Shown here: in pieces, positions 42,417-52,150 of the stretch
How the letters are laid out: every line of letters begins with the position of its first letter
How positions within the stretch are numbered: the stretch's first letter is position 1
Origin: Haliangiales bacterium
Lineage (GTDB): Bacteria; Myxococcota_A; Polyangia; Haliangiales; Haliangiaceae
DNA length: 64,000 nt
NCBI GenBank assembly: GCA_041916575.1
Contig: JAYRZI010000002.1
Coordinates: forward strand, 149,117 to 213,116
Direction: 5' to 3'
Notes under the pieces: model-generated
Seen by the model: the letters and a program-made list of their open reading frames with translations, nothing else
Told to the model about the DNA's origin: nothing
The model's database searches: none
Translations under genes and position numbers: made by a program

Positions 42417-44401
42417 TGCTGGAACGGCCGCGCTTGCTTGATGTAGAGGCGCGGCGTCTCGCCGGGGAGTCCTTCGAGCTTCCATTCCACGTCCATCGCA
42501 TACCAAGGCTTGCCGGCGCCATAGGAAGCGCGGAACGCTTCGTGGATGCGCTCGAGCGCGGTCGCCAGCTCGAAGAGCTGGGTGCTGGTGAGCACCGAGG
42601 TTCCGGGTGCCACCAGGTTCGAGCGCTTGAGGTAGACCACGGGCTGGCCTTGCTGTTGCCAGAACAGCAAGATCTGATCGGTCGTCACCCCGGCCGGCGG
42701 CAGCACTACGGACTCTCCGCCGAGCTGCGCGTTGATGTAGAACGCGGGCGACAGGCCGGTGTCGTCGTAGGGGTTGTTGGTGAGCGCGACGCCGTTGGCC
42801 TCCTCATCTGGGAAGGCGCGGTGACAGAGCAGCGCCATGCCCACCGCCAGGTGCTCGATGCCGCGGTAGCTGCGCTCCTCGAAGGCCTTGTAGAACCAGA
42901 CGCTCGCCCACACCGCGCGGATCGCGTCTTCGATGGGGTCGGTCGGGTCGTTGGGATCTCCGCTCTTCGACGTGTAGAGCCCAGCGCCGGTGAAGCCATC
43001 GAGGTCTTCGGCGTTGGTGCTGGAGCGAAACCGCATCCGCACGCCGGGGTAGTCGGCGGCGAGCTTGTCCTTGACGAGCTGCACGAACGCGGGATCCAAC
43101 GGCGCGGCTTGCATCGCCGCGCGCAGCGTGGCGAGGCGCGCGTCGCGGGTAGCGGCGCTGTTTTGGAACTCCGGATCGGCGAGCATGGCGCGCACTTGAT
43201 CGTCGAAGCCGTGTTGCTCCATGAACTGCTGGTAGTAGTAAAGCGGGATCGCGAAGCCCTTGGGGATGAGCACGCCGCCGACGAAGGTGAGCGCGCCGAA
43301 ATGCGCTGCCTTGCCGCCGAAGGCCCGAGTGGCGGTCTTGACCCTGTCACGGAGGGGTAGCTGCGCGTCGCGGGACACCAGGTCGACGTCGTTGCGCAGG
43401 TCGGTGGCAGACAGATCCATCACCGGCACTGCGATGGCCTTGGGGCGGTGGGCTTCCCACCAGGCATCGGCCTCGGCCTTGGACACCTCGATCACCGAGT
43501 GCTCGAACAGCCCGACCGTGAGCTTGACCCACTTGCCCTCGAGGGCGCGCAGCTCTTCGTTCTCGAAAGCGCCGCGCAGCGCCATGTTGGGCGTGCCGCG
43601 GTTGGCCGACAGCACGTTGACGTGCGAGAGCGGGGTTTGGAACTCGGAGGTCACGATGCCCATGGCCACCGCGATGTCGTTGGGCACGTGATCGAGCACC
43701 ACGATGTCGCGGAACGAGAGGTAGCTGCCGCCGCCGCTGAGGCTCTCGGCGGTGTAGAAGCGGAGCTGGCCGTAGCTCTCGGCCACGTTCAGCGGCTGGT
43801 AGGTGATGCCCTGGTACAGCTCGTCCGTGGTGACGACCTTGACCGAGCTCGGCAGCGTGGCAGCGAGCTCTTCCACGGCCTCCGAGGTCGGGTGGAACGC
43901 CAGCTTGCCGCCGATGAACGAATGGCTGGCGATGGCGCGGTACGCGGTGGTGATCATCTGCGCGTCGGCGGTGTCATACGGGGAGATCTCATAGACCCAG
44001 CGATCGGGCTGCTCGTAATGGGTGAGCGCGCCCAGGATGAAGCGCCGGCTGGGCGAGAAGTACTCGCTGGTGTTGAACTCCGCGAGCATCGGCACCACCG
44101 GCAGGCCGTTGCCCGAGAGGTGCTTGGAGGCGAATTGGTAGTGGGTCTGGAAGGTGACGCTGTTCTGGAAGTGCAGCCGGTCGCCATCGAAGCGGTCGAC
44201 GATGGTCTTGACCGAGCGCGCGCCGGGGATGGTGGCGTCGAGGGGGCGAGAGGCCAGGGCGCGGAAATCCTCGGCGCAGCCCAGACTTGCCGTGGACACC
44301 GTGTCCTCGGTGAGGCCTGCGCAGGTAGGCTCGCTGTCGCCACAGGAAGCGACGGCGAGCCACAAGCACGCCACCGATGCGAGCTTGGCCACGCCGCTCA
44401 T
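42413..44401 (-). CDS. lipoprotein with PPDK_N (PEP/pyruvate-binding, ATP-grasp-like) domain
   Basis: Lipobox LAVASCGD; GGKAAHFGAL...IPKGFAIP and RFRSSTNAEDLDGFTGAGLYTS match the PEP-synthase/PPDK N-domain signature (VRSSAxxEDLxxxSFAGQ). Confidence 0.65.
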   Translation of the reverse strand: MSGVAKLASVACLWLAVASCGDSEPTCAGLTEDTVSTASLGCAEDFRALASRPLDATIPGARSVKTIVDRFDGDRLHFQNSVTFQTHYQFASKHLSGNGLPVVPMLAEFNTSEYFSPSRRFILGALTHYEQPDRWVYEISPYDTADAQMITTAYRAIASHSFIGGKLAFHPTSEAVEELAATLPSSVKVVTTDELYQGITYQPLNVAESYGQLRFYTAESLSGGGSYLSFRDIVVLDHVPNDIAVAMGIVTSEFQTPLSHVNVLSANRGTPNMALRGAFENEELRALEGKWVKLTVGLFEHSVIEVSKAEADAWWEAHRPKAIAVPVMDLSATDLRNDVDLVSRDAQLPLRDRVKTATRAFGGKAAHFGALTFVGGVLIPKGFAIPLYYYQQFMEQHGFDDQVRAMLADPEFQNSAATRDARLATLRAAMQAAPLDPAFVQLVKDKLAADYPGVRMRFRSSTNAEDLDGFTGAGLYTSKSGDPNDPTDPIEDAIRAVWASVWFYKAFEERSYRGIEHLAVGMALLCHRAFPDEEANGVALTNNPYDDTGLSPAFYINAQLGGESVVLPPAGVTTDQILLFWQQQGQPVVYLKRSNLVAPGTSVLTSTQLFELATALERIHEAFRASYGAGKPWYAMDVEWKLEGLPGETPRLYIKQARPFQQ

Positions 44402-45102
44402 GGCGCCTGCTCGGGGATGACGTAGGAAGTGAGCGCCTCCGCTTGTTCTCCCTCTTCCTTGATCTTGCCGATGCCGGGTGCGAACCAGTAGCGCTTGTCC
44501 GCCGCTCCCGAGGTGGTCTTTCGCAGCTTGAGGCACGTGAACGTGCCGGCCGGCACCGTCACCGTCTCGGCGGTCGATTCGACGATCCAGGTCTCCGTCT
44601 TGGAGACGGTCTTGGTCCCGGTGACCGGATCGACCTCGACCTCGGTGTAGTCCGTGGACCATTGCGCGCCAAGCGCCAGGTGCGGCGCGGTCTCGTCAAT
44701 GCGCAGCTTGCCGGGCACATAGAACTGGTCGTTCTCCAGCACCCCCGCGGCATCGAAGGACTGCTCGCGGTGGCGCACGATGGAGGTGCACAGATCTTGC
44801 TGCCAGCTCACGACGTGGCCGGCTGTCTTCTCGGTGCGGATGCGGAAGGCGGTGATGCCTTGCTTGCGATCGCCCACGTCCTCGATGGCCTCGACCTTGG
44901 TGGCCTTGCGGACGGTCGGGCCGCCGCGGTCGCTGGTGTCATAGACCCACTCGGCGCCCACGATGAGGGGCAGATGTCGGGTCGAGAGCGCGGCGTCACA
45001 CTCCGCTGTGATCGGGGGGGAGGCGCTGGGATCGTCGTCGCAGGCGGAGAGCACGAGCGAGCAGGTGGCGACGGCGGCGAGGAGCCAGTTACGAGGCGGC
45101 AT
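44398..45102 (-). CDS. lipoprotein, unknown function
   Basis: MPPRNWLLAAVATCSLVLSAC lipobox; ATGA overlap downstream. Confidence 0.5.
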   Translation of the reverse strand: MPPRNWLLAAVATCSLVLSACDDDPSASPPITAECDAALSTRHLPLIVGAEWVYDTSDRGGPTVRKATKVEAIEDVGDRKQGITAFRIRTEKTAGHVVSWQQDLCTSIVRHREQSFDAAGVLENDQFYVPGKLRIDETAPHLALGAQWSTDYTEVEVDPVTGTKTVSKTETWIVESTAETVTVPAGTFTCLKLRKTTSGAADKRYWFAPGIGKIKEEGEQAEALTSYVIPEQAP

Positions 45103-45763
45103 GGGTGCTCTCCTTTGGCGGGGGGGACGTGGTGGTGTTCGAGGTCGCGCTGGCGCTGCGATGCTGCACCGTGATCTCTGCGGCATCCCGTAGAAAGTCG
45201 ATGCGGTGGACCTGCACGCGCAACACGTCGAGGCCGGTGCGCTGCGCCAGGTCCTGAAACAAGGCCTCTTGTTGGTTTGGATGCAGCAGCGCGAGGTTGT
45301 CGTAGAGCATGGGGGTGGAGCCATGGCGGCGGGCACGGGAAGGGAGCTCGAGTAGCGCCGAGCCGAAGACGATCACCAAGTTCACGAGCAAGAGCTCGGC
45401 GGTGCTGACCTTCTTGTTGGCGACGCCGTTGATGATGCCTAGCCCGATCAAGATGAACAGGTAGGTCAGATCGCGCATGCGGATCTCTTCCGTACGGTAG
45501 CGCAGGATGCCGAACACCGCGAAGAGCCCCAGCGCGAAGCCCAGCTCCATCGGGACCTTGCGCAACAGCAGACACATCGAGAACGTGATGACGTTGAACA
45601 CGTAATACGTGAACACGAACTCGCGATTGCGATAGATCCGGTAGTAGACGAAGAGGATCACCGCGGTGGCGAACACCAGGTTCATGCCGAGTCGCGACAT
45701 CAACCGGACAAAGTCGCCAACGTCGATGAAACTATCGGTGCCAAAGATGTCGTCCTGAGTCAC
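45089..45763 (-). CDS. DUF4956 family membrane protein
   Basis: TM-rich region (LGMNLVFATAVILFVYYRIY, ITFSMCLLL, FILIGLGIING); GTG start at 45763 overlapping the VTC gene stop (GTGA). Confidence 0.6.
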   Translation of the reverse strand: MTQDDIFGTDSFIDVGDFVRLMSRLGMNLVFATAVILFVYYRIYRNREFVFTYYVFNVITFSMCLLLRKVPMELGFALGLFAVFGILRYRTEEIRMRDLTYLFILIGLGIINGVANKKVSTAELLLVNLVIVFGSALLELPSRARRHGSTPMLYDNLALLHPNQQEALFQDLAQRTGLDVLRVQVHRIDFLRDAAEITVQHRSASATSNTTTSPPPKESTHAAS

Positions 45764-46458
45764 TGGATCATCCTCTCGATCGCGCGGACATCGCCGAGCA
45801 GGCGATTTTGCCGGAGCTCGGGGTGTAGCAGGGCGGTCGCGAACGTGTATTTGCTCATCGAGCGCTCGTGCAGGCGGCAGGTGTGGATCCGCCGCATGAT
45901 GGGGGTCCGCACGCAAAACGGCGATTGCTTGACCTCGATGACGGCCACCTTGCCGAACGACAGCTCGGCGCCGCCCGGCTCGTGCGCGCGCAGTCCCACA
46001 TCCACAGTGACGCGCTCGGCGCTGCCCAAGCTGACCAAGCTCAGTCGAGCGAAGTTCACTCGCAGCGTCGGCTGCAGCGTGTCGATGGCAAGCGCAGCAT
46101 GATGCCGCAGAAATGCCAGCTCGGGTTCACCGAGCACCTCGCTACCGAACTCCAGTGCCAGGCGCTGCTTGTCGGTGAGGACCTCGTTTCGCTTGGTCTT
46201 GACCTCGAGGAACGTCAGGTGGCGATCCGGATAGTGGCGGATCCGGATCTTCTGCCTGAGCCGGCGGCCGCGTCGGTGATCGTGGAAGCAGCGGCGGTCG
46301 GGTGTGTCGAAGTACAGGCTATGATAGATGGCAAAGTGGCCTTGGCCGGCGGGGAGCGCTGCGTAGTCTTCGCACAAGGGCTCCAGAATCTCGTGAAGTA
46401 GCTCACTGCTGCAGGTGTATTTGCTGTCGATTCGCCGCTGTAGCTCTCGCTCGCGCAT
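45760..46458 (-). CDS. VTC-domain (CYTH-like, polyphosphate-polymerase-domain) protein
   Basis: RIDSKY...HSLYFDT...FLEVKTK typical of the bacterial VTC domain; classic pairing with DUF4956; ATG at 46458. Confidence 0.65.
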   Translation of the reverse strand: MRERELQRRIDSKYTCSSELLHEILEPLCEDYAALPAGQGHFAIYHSLYFDTPDRRCFHDHRRGRRLRQKIRIRHYPDRHLTFLEVKTKRNEVLTDKQRLALEFGSEVLGEPELAFLRHHAALAIDTLQPTLRVNFARLSLVSLGSAERVTVDVGLRAHEPGGAELSFGKVAVIEVKQSPFCVRTPIMRRIHTCRLHERSMSKYTFATALLHPELRQNRLLGDVRAIERMIQ

Positions 46459-46642
46459 GAGCGAGAGGTTGGCAGGGGCAAATCTCGAGCCGGTGCGCAG
46501 CAATGGAACACCGACGAGGCTGGGAGCGGATGACAGCGCCATGAGGTACTACCGCCGGCCGCGGCGCGCCGGTGACGATTTGTTTGTATCACGGTGTCGT
46601 TTTCGTAAGACAATGATCCGGCAAACTAGCGAAGGTGTTCCC

Positions 46643-47437
46643 ATGTTCCGCTGTCCTCGCCGCCTCAGCTTGTTTCTGGCCTTCTCCCTCCCCTCGGCCT
46701 TCTCTGTGGTCGGAGCATGTGGGGGGTCGACGCCCTCCGAGCCTGACGCAGGGGGGCCGGGCGTAGACGCGCCGACGCAGGATGCGCCGGTCACTCCCAC
46801 GAAGTTCAGCTTCTTCGTGACCAGCCTCGCGACCATGCGCTTGCAGTCCAACAGCATGGATGGCTACGGCGGCAACCTCGGTGGGCTCACTGGCGCGGAT
46901 CGGATCTGCCAAACCGCGGCGGCGGCGGTGGGCGCTGGCTCCAAGACCTGGCGCGCCTTCCTCTCCACCTACAACAACGGCGCCCCGGTGCATGCGATCG
47001 ATCGCATCGGCGCTGGCCCCTGGTACGATCGCAACGGTCGCTTGATCGCCATGAACCGCGCCGGCCTGCTGACCGGCAACCGGCCTGCCGGCGATGTCGC
47101 CACCATCAACGACCTGCCCGATGAAAACGGCACGCCGCTCACCACCTTTGGCGACAGCCACGACGTGGTCACCGGCTCGAACACCATGGGCATGCTCGAT
47201 GGCAACAGCGCGGCCGCCACGTGCAACGACTGGACCGATGCCACCGCCGGCAGCCCCAACGTCGTGCGCCTGGGCCATTCCTGGCCGGCGACGAGCGGGC
47301 AGCACTGGATCCGCGCCCACACCGCGCGTGGCTGCTCGCCGGGCGTCAACCTCACGCAGAACGGTCCCGGGACCGGTACCGCGATCGGCGCCGGTGGCGG
47401 CTGGGGCGGGATCTATTGTTTCGCGCTCACCCCGTGA
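46643..47437 (+). CDS. lipoprotein, unknown function
   Basis: MFRCPRRLSLFLAFSLPSAFSVVGACGG lipobox; GAAGGTG RBS; divergent from the VTC operon across an AT-richer promoter region. Confidence 0.55.
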   Translation: MFRCPRRLSLFLAFSLPSAFSVVGACGGSTPSEPDAGGPGVDAPTQDAPVTPTKFSFFVTSLATMRLQSNSMDGYGGNLGGLTGADRICQTAAAAVGAGSKTWRAFLSTYNNGAPVHAIDRIGAGPWYDRNGRLIAMNRAGLLTGNRPAGDVATINDLPDENGTPLTTFGDSHDVVTGSNTMGMLDGNSAAATCNDWTDATAGSPNVVRLGHSWPATSGQHWIRAHTARGCSPGVNLTQNGPGTGTAIGAGGGWGGIYCFALTP

Positions 47438-47446
47438 GGAGCTTCC

Positions 47447-48376
47447 ATGCGCCGAGTGATCTTCTGCTTCGTGTTCCTGGCCGCCTGCGGTAGCGACGGT
47501 AGTGGTGATGGCGACATCGACGTGTCGCGATTGACATACCGGCCGTGCGCCGCCGATCGCCACATCGGCACCTTCAAGGTGGCGCTGGAGAGCGGCTTCA
47601 CCGCGGTCCAAGGGCAGGTGTTCGACGCGGTAACCCCAAGTCGGGTGACGCGCACGTTGGCGACCAACGGCGCGTGTACGTGGGTGCGCGCGCCCACGCT
47701 GGTGTGCAATCCGTCTTGCGGCGCCGGGCAAACCTGTGGCCTCGGCGGTCAGTGCGTGGCCACACCGACCGCGCAGGACATCGGTACGGTCGAGGTCGAC
47801 GGGCTGCGCACGGCGGTGTCGATGGCGCCACGGCCGCCGGCCTACTTCTACAGCTTCACCGGCACGCTGCCTCATCCAGGCGTGGCTTCTGGCGCCGGGG
47901 TGCGCCTTCGCGCGTCGGGGCTCGAGCTCCTCGGCTGGGGGATCGAGCCGCTGGATGTGGGCTTCTCCACCTTGATGGTGCAGACCGGCATGGCGGTGCC
48001 GCTGACGTGGACCGCTCCCTCGAACCTCGGCTCGACCGCTGGCCCCGCCAAGATGGAGATCTCGCTCAACGTCAACGGCCATGGCTTGGTCGGCAGCCAT
48101 GTCGAGTGCGTGGTGGAGGACACCGGGGCGTTCACCATCCCCGAGTCGCTGGTGTCGAGCCTGCTCGCCGATGGCCTGTCCGGGTTTCCGACGCTGACGC
48201 TGCGGCGCACCACCTCAGATTCGGCGGACCTGGCTGCCGGCTGCGTAGAGCTGGACGTCGAGTCGGCGGTGAAGCTCGATGTGACGATCCCCGGGCTGCG
48301 GTCGTGCGATGGAGATGAGGACTGTATCTCTCCCGAGATCTGCCGCGGCGATCTTACCTGCGGCCCAGCGACCTGA
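47447..48376 (+). CDS. lipoprotein, Cys-containing, unknown function
   Basis: MRRVIFCFVFLAACGSDG lipobox. Confidence 0.55.
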   Translation: MRRVIFCFVFLAACGSDGSGDGDIDVSRLTYRPCAADRHIGTFKVALESGFTAVQGQVFDAVTPSRVTRTLATNGACTWVRAPTLVCNPSCGAGQTCGLGGQCVATPTAQDIGTVEVDGLRTAVSMAPRPPAYFYSFTGTLPHPGVASGAGVRLRASGLELLGWGIEPLDVGFSTLMVQTGMAVPLTWTAPSNLGSTAGPAKMEISLNVNGHGLVGSHVECVVEDTGAFTIPESLVSSLLADGLSGFPTLTLRRTTSDSADLAAGCVELDVESAVKLDVTIPGLRSCDGDEDCISPEICRGDLTCGPAT

Positions 48377-48411
48377 GGCGCCGTGACGCGCTGGCTCCAT
48401 CGGCCGGGCGA

Positions 48412-49806
48412 CTAGCCCGAGGCGGCCAGCTTCTGACGCAGCGCTCGCGCCGCGGCCAGCGAGGGATCGAACGTGAGCGCTTGCTGCAGGTGCCACTGTG
48501 CGGAGGCTCGATCCCCATCGGCCGCGCACAAGAGCGCGAGCGCCAGCAGCGCGCGTGGCCACGGGCGGGCGCCGAGCAGGAGGTCTTCCACGAACGCACG
48601 CTCGCGACGGAGCAGCTCGCCGCGCTGGTTGCCGGCGAGGTCTCCGACGCGAAAGCGCGCCCACGCCAAGGTGGCTTCGTACTCCGGGTGGCCGGGGTGG
48701 TGCCGGCAGGCGCGCGCCAGCTCGCCGATGGCTCGATGCGGCTCGCCAGCGCCGAGCTCGGCTTGACCGCGGGCGAACGCTTCGGCCGCTGCGGTGGCCG
48801 CTGCGGGGTCGATCGCCCAGGTCGATCGCAGCTCGGAGCGGCTGCGCAGCCAATCGTGGTAGCGGCCGCGCGCCGGCATGTCGAGCAGGGTGGCGCGCGC
48901 GCGTTCCACCAGCTCCCATAGCGGCGCCACCGTATCGGCGAGCTCGGCGAGGTCCCAGGCCGCTAGCGAGCTCGGCGCGTAGCGAACCGCTAGCGCTTGC
49001 ACCGCCGCTTCGATCTCTGGCTCTTCGGCGCGTGGGGTGATCTCGAGGACATCATAGAACGTGCTACCGGCCAGGCGCTGCTTGCGGCGCTCGAGGTGGC
49101 GGCGCAGCTCATGCAGCTCGCGACGCGCCGGCGTCTCCGTGTCACGGATGAAAGGGGTCAGGGTCAGCGCGCCGGCGCACGCCAGCGTCCACACCAGCCG
49201 CGCGATACGCGAGGGCGGCAGTGCGCCGAGCTGTACCAGGGTCTGCAGGCTGCGCGTACCATCGCAGGCCTCGGCCACCGCGCGCTCGGGGACGGCGAGC
49301 CCGCGGGCCTCGAGCAGCTCGAGGAGCAGGTCGGTGTCCGTGACGTAGTGCTGGCTCAGGTTGGCCAGCGCCACCCGCGCCAGCTCGATGGGCGCGTCGC
49401 GTGCACTGGCGATCGCCACGGCGATCGCGTCCACCGTCGGCACGGTGGTCGGCAGCTCGAGCGCGCCACAAAGCATGGGCCAGGACAGCTCGCCAGCGAA
49501 GCGCAGGCGATAGGCTTCTCGGACGGCAGCGAGCAACGTCGCCTCGGAGGCCTTGCCGGCGAGCAAGGTAATCCGCGCCTTGGGCGCGTGAACGCGCGCC
49601 TGCTCGCCATCGCCGATCGCCACGAGCCCTGGTCTCTCGTCCGTCTGTCGCCACGCCTGCGCGACCTCGGGCAAGCGCGCTCCAAGGTGGTCTCCATCGA
49701 GCAGGATCACGGCGGCGCCGTGCGGCTCGGCGCTGGGGCCATCGGCGAGCGCGGGGACCCAACGCGCCTGGGCGCCGGCCCGCGTCAGCGTGTTCTCCAG
49801 CGACAT
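48412..49806 (-). CDS. J-domain (DnaJ-like) protein with C-terminal TPR-like region
   Basis: YDVLEITPRAEEPEIEAAVQALAVRYAP J-domain-like; start trimmed to ATG 49806. Confidence 0.5.
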   Translation of the reverse strand: MSLENTLTRAGAQARWVPALADGPSAEPHGAAVILLDGDHLGARLPEVAQAWRQTDERPGLVAIGDGEQARVHAPKARITLLAGKASEATLLAAVREAYRLRFAGELSWPMLCGALELPTTVPTVDAIAVAIASARDAPIELARVALANLSQHYVTDTDLLLELLEARGLAVPERAVAEACDGTRSLQTLVQLGALPPSRIARLVWTLACAGALTLTPFIRDTETPARRELHELRRHLERRKQRLAGSTFYDVLEITPRAEEPEIEAAVQALAVRYAPSSLAAWDLAELADTVAPLWELVERARATLLDMPARGRYHDWLRSRSELRSTWAIDPAAATAAAEAFARGQAELGAGEPHRAIGELARACRHHPGHPEYEATLAWARFRVGDLAGNQRGELLRRERAFVEDLLLGARPWPRALLALALLCAADGDRASAQWHLQQALTFDPSLAAARALRQKLAASG

Positions 49807-50753
49807 GCCCGCTCCCACCGTGGGCACGGCGATGATGATCGATGGCACGAGGCAGTGTAGCAAGCGCACGCGAACTAGCACTACTGCGTCAGTGCAACGT
49901 CGAGCGAGACCAAGCGGCGGGAGGCAAGTCGCGGCGCACGCCCGGAGCGCAGCGACGAGTGTGGCGGTTCCACACGAGGAGCGAGCACCGGACGTACGTC
50001 GCGAGGTGCCCGCGCCGCGACGGTCGCAGCCGATGGTGGACTGACGCAGTAGTGCCAACCCGCGCGCGCTCGAGCCTCGGCGAGGTCAGAGGCTCTCTGC
50101 GGTGGTTGGCCGACTAGAAGGGTGGTTTCGATGAGGACTAGCAGTGAGCGAACGCAGGAGCCCAATGGTCGAGTCGAGATCTCGAATTCTCACTCTGGAG
50201 CGAGTCGAGAATGTCGCTCTGTTGGTAGGCCATCATCCGGTGAGATCCTCGACGGAAGCTCGACGGTTCCTCGTCGGCGAGCCCTGCCCAGGGCGCCGCG
50301 GCAAGAGATCGTCGGATCAAGGCCTCGAAAGCGAAGCATTCGCAAAAAAAATGAGATCGCTTCGCAGCTCGGCCGACGATGTCTGGTGATGCGCGAAAAC
50401 TCCCATGATACCGCTCGGCTCGAGTGCCGGATAGGTGATGTAACCGATTAGATCTGCTCGATATTTATTTGTAAGGCGTCGACATCACGAGATCCAGAAG
50501 GCACTGGGCGTTACGCCAGAGCATTACGAGAAACTCGGGCCGTCGCATGGCGGATCGCGAAGCTGAAATTCATGCGATGTGGAACACTGAGATGGGGCGC
50601 TGAAGGCCGACACTCCCCATTTTTGCATTGGGCTGCGTCTCTGAAATCGCGAGTACAGCGCCGCTGCATTTCCGTATGAGCGCTTTTGGGTTTCTTGCCA
50701 ATTGACTAAAATGCGTTGACACCTTCCGAAGTCTCCCGTAGCGTCGGACCCAC

Positions 50754-51485
50754 ATGTTGCACACCTCGTCGGCGGCGAGCTCCGCACAACCGAGCACAAA
50801 CCAGAAGTTCGAACTTCCGTTTGTCGTGCGTCAGCCGCTCAATCACTACGAGCTGCAGCAGATCGCCACGCTTCGCTCGCAGGCTTATGGCAGGCACAAT
50901 GTGCAGCTCGGCGAGATGCTGACCTTGCCTGAGGATGCCGATATGCAGCCGGGCAATGTGGTGCTCGGCGCCTTCGACAAGGCCAGCAACTCCCTGCTGG
51001 GTACGCTGCGGATTCATACCAACCAGTACGGTCCGCTTCCACTGGAAGAGTCGGTCGACCTGCCGGCCCACATGCGTGACCAGCGGCTATGTGAGGTCAC
51101 CCGCCTGGCGATCCGGTATGATGCGCCGTCGCTGGTCAAGCTCGCGCTGTTTAAGACCTGCTACCAGACGGGCATTCGCCACTCCCTGGATGCCATCACT
51201 GCGGTAGGCCGCGATCCGATTTATCGGCAGTATGAGAACCTCTTGTTTCAAGAGGTGTTTCCCGGTCGTGGCTTCATGCCCATCCGGCACGTCGCCAACT
51301 TGCCGCACAAGGTGCTGTTTCTCGACCTGGCGAGCGCTCAGGAGCGCTGGGCCCGCGCCAAGCACCCGCTGCTCTCGTTCATGGTCACGATTCGCTACGA
51401 TGACATCGAGACGCCAGCGCACTTCAATCACGGCCCGGTGCTGGCCGCTGGCAGTGGCACGTTCCCTGTACGAATGGCCAAGTAG
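50754..51485 (+). CDS. LuxI/FeeM-like GNAT-fold N-acyltransferase (candidate autoinducer / N-acyl-amino-acid synthase)
   Basis: Pattern LRSQAY (cf. LasI LRAQVF), TLRIHT (cf. WRILDT), CEVTRLAI (cf. ELSRFAI), ITAVGRD (cf. TVTTVG); GC ~60% versus ~70% flanks; TTGACA-N17-TAGCGT promoter-like element just upstream. Confidence 0.45.
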   Translation: MLHTSSAASSAQPSTNQKFELPFVVRQPLNHYELQQIATLRSQAYGRHNVQLGEMLTLPEDADMQPGNVVLGAFDKASNSLLGTLRIHTNQYGPLPLEESVDLPAHMRDQRLCEVTRLAIRYDAPSLVKLALFKTCYQTGIRHSLDAITAVGRDPIYRQYENLLFQEVFPGRGFMPIRHVANLPHKVLFLDLASAQERWARAKHPLLSFMVTIRYDDIETPAHFNHGPVLAAGSGTFPVRMAK

Positions 51486-51552
51486 GCCAACGTAGGCCAA
51501 GGTAGATAGTCGTGACGCAATGCGCCCCAACGGGCGCATTTTTCATTTTCGG

Positions 51553-52044
51553 CTACTGGGCTGTGGCCGCGTCGGATGACGATGGCGCTCTAGTGCTGAT
51601 GGCGATTGCGACGCTGAGCACGAGACCGACGAGGTAGAGCGGGGCGCCCCAGGCCCAAGATGGCGGGCTGATGCGCGGAAACATCACCCACGAGCCTAGC
51701 GCGCACGCGAGCGCGACGACGGCATTGACGAGCAAGCTCCGGGCAGCGGTGACGGGGACACGCCCGGCGGCCCGGGCACCCGCGACGAACAACGCCAGCA
51801 GCGCTCCGAAGAGGCCGAGCCCGTAGGTGGCAGTGGCGAGCCGGATCCACCAGTCGCTGGCGCCGAGCCACGCCAGGCCCGCGGCATCACAAGCGCCGCC
51901 GCCGAAACAGCGTTCGGAGCGCGTGAGGTAGACGGTAGTCTCTGGCAGCGCCCACCACGGCAGGAGCTGAGTTGCTGCGACGAGGGCGAACGCGGCGAGG
52001 AGCGCGATGCTAGTGGACCACCAACGTGTGTAGGTGAACGTCAT
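51553..52044 (-). CDS. hypothetical membrane protein (4 TM)
   Basis: Hydrophobic helices; convergent with the acyltransferase gene. Confidence 0.45.
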   Translation of the reverse strand: MTFTYTRWWSTSIALLAAFALVAATQLLPWWALPETTVYLTRSERCFGGGACDAAGLAWLGASDWWIRLATATYGLGLFGALLALFVAGARAAGRVPVTAARSLLVNAVVALACALGSWVMFPRISPPSWAWGAPLYLVGLVLSVAIAISTRAPSSSDAATAQ

Positions 52045-52150
52045 GAATAGAGAGCAATTGTGGCGGGATCAGTGAGTTATTAGCAAGTCGTACCGAGGGA
52101 TGGATGCTTTTGCCAGCCCCTGTGGTTGACCTCGGACAGCCGGATCGCGA

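Noticed and set aside
50122-50451. Small ORFs (81-109 aa) inside the low-GC island
   Set aside because: Mediocre GC3, Arg/Ser-rich, no motifs or RBS; the region is more likely regulatory or degraded
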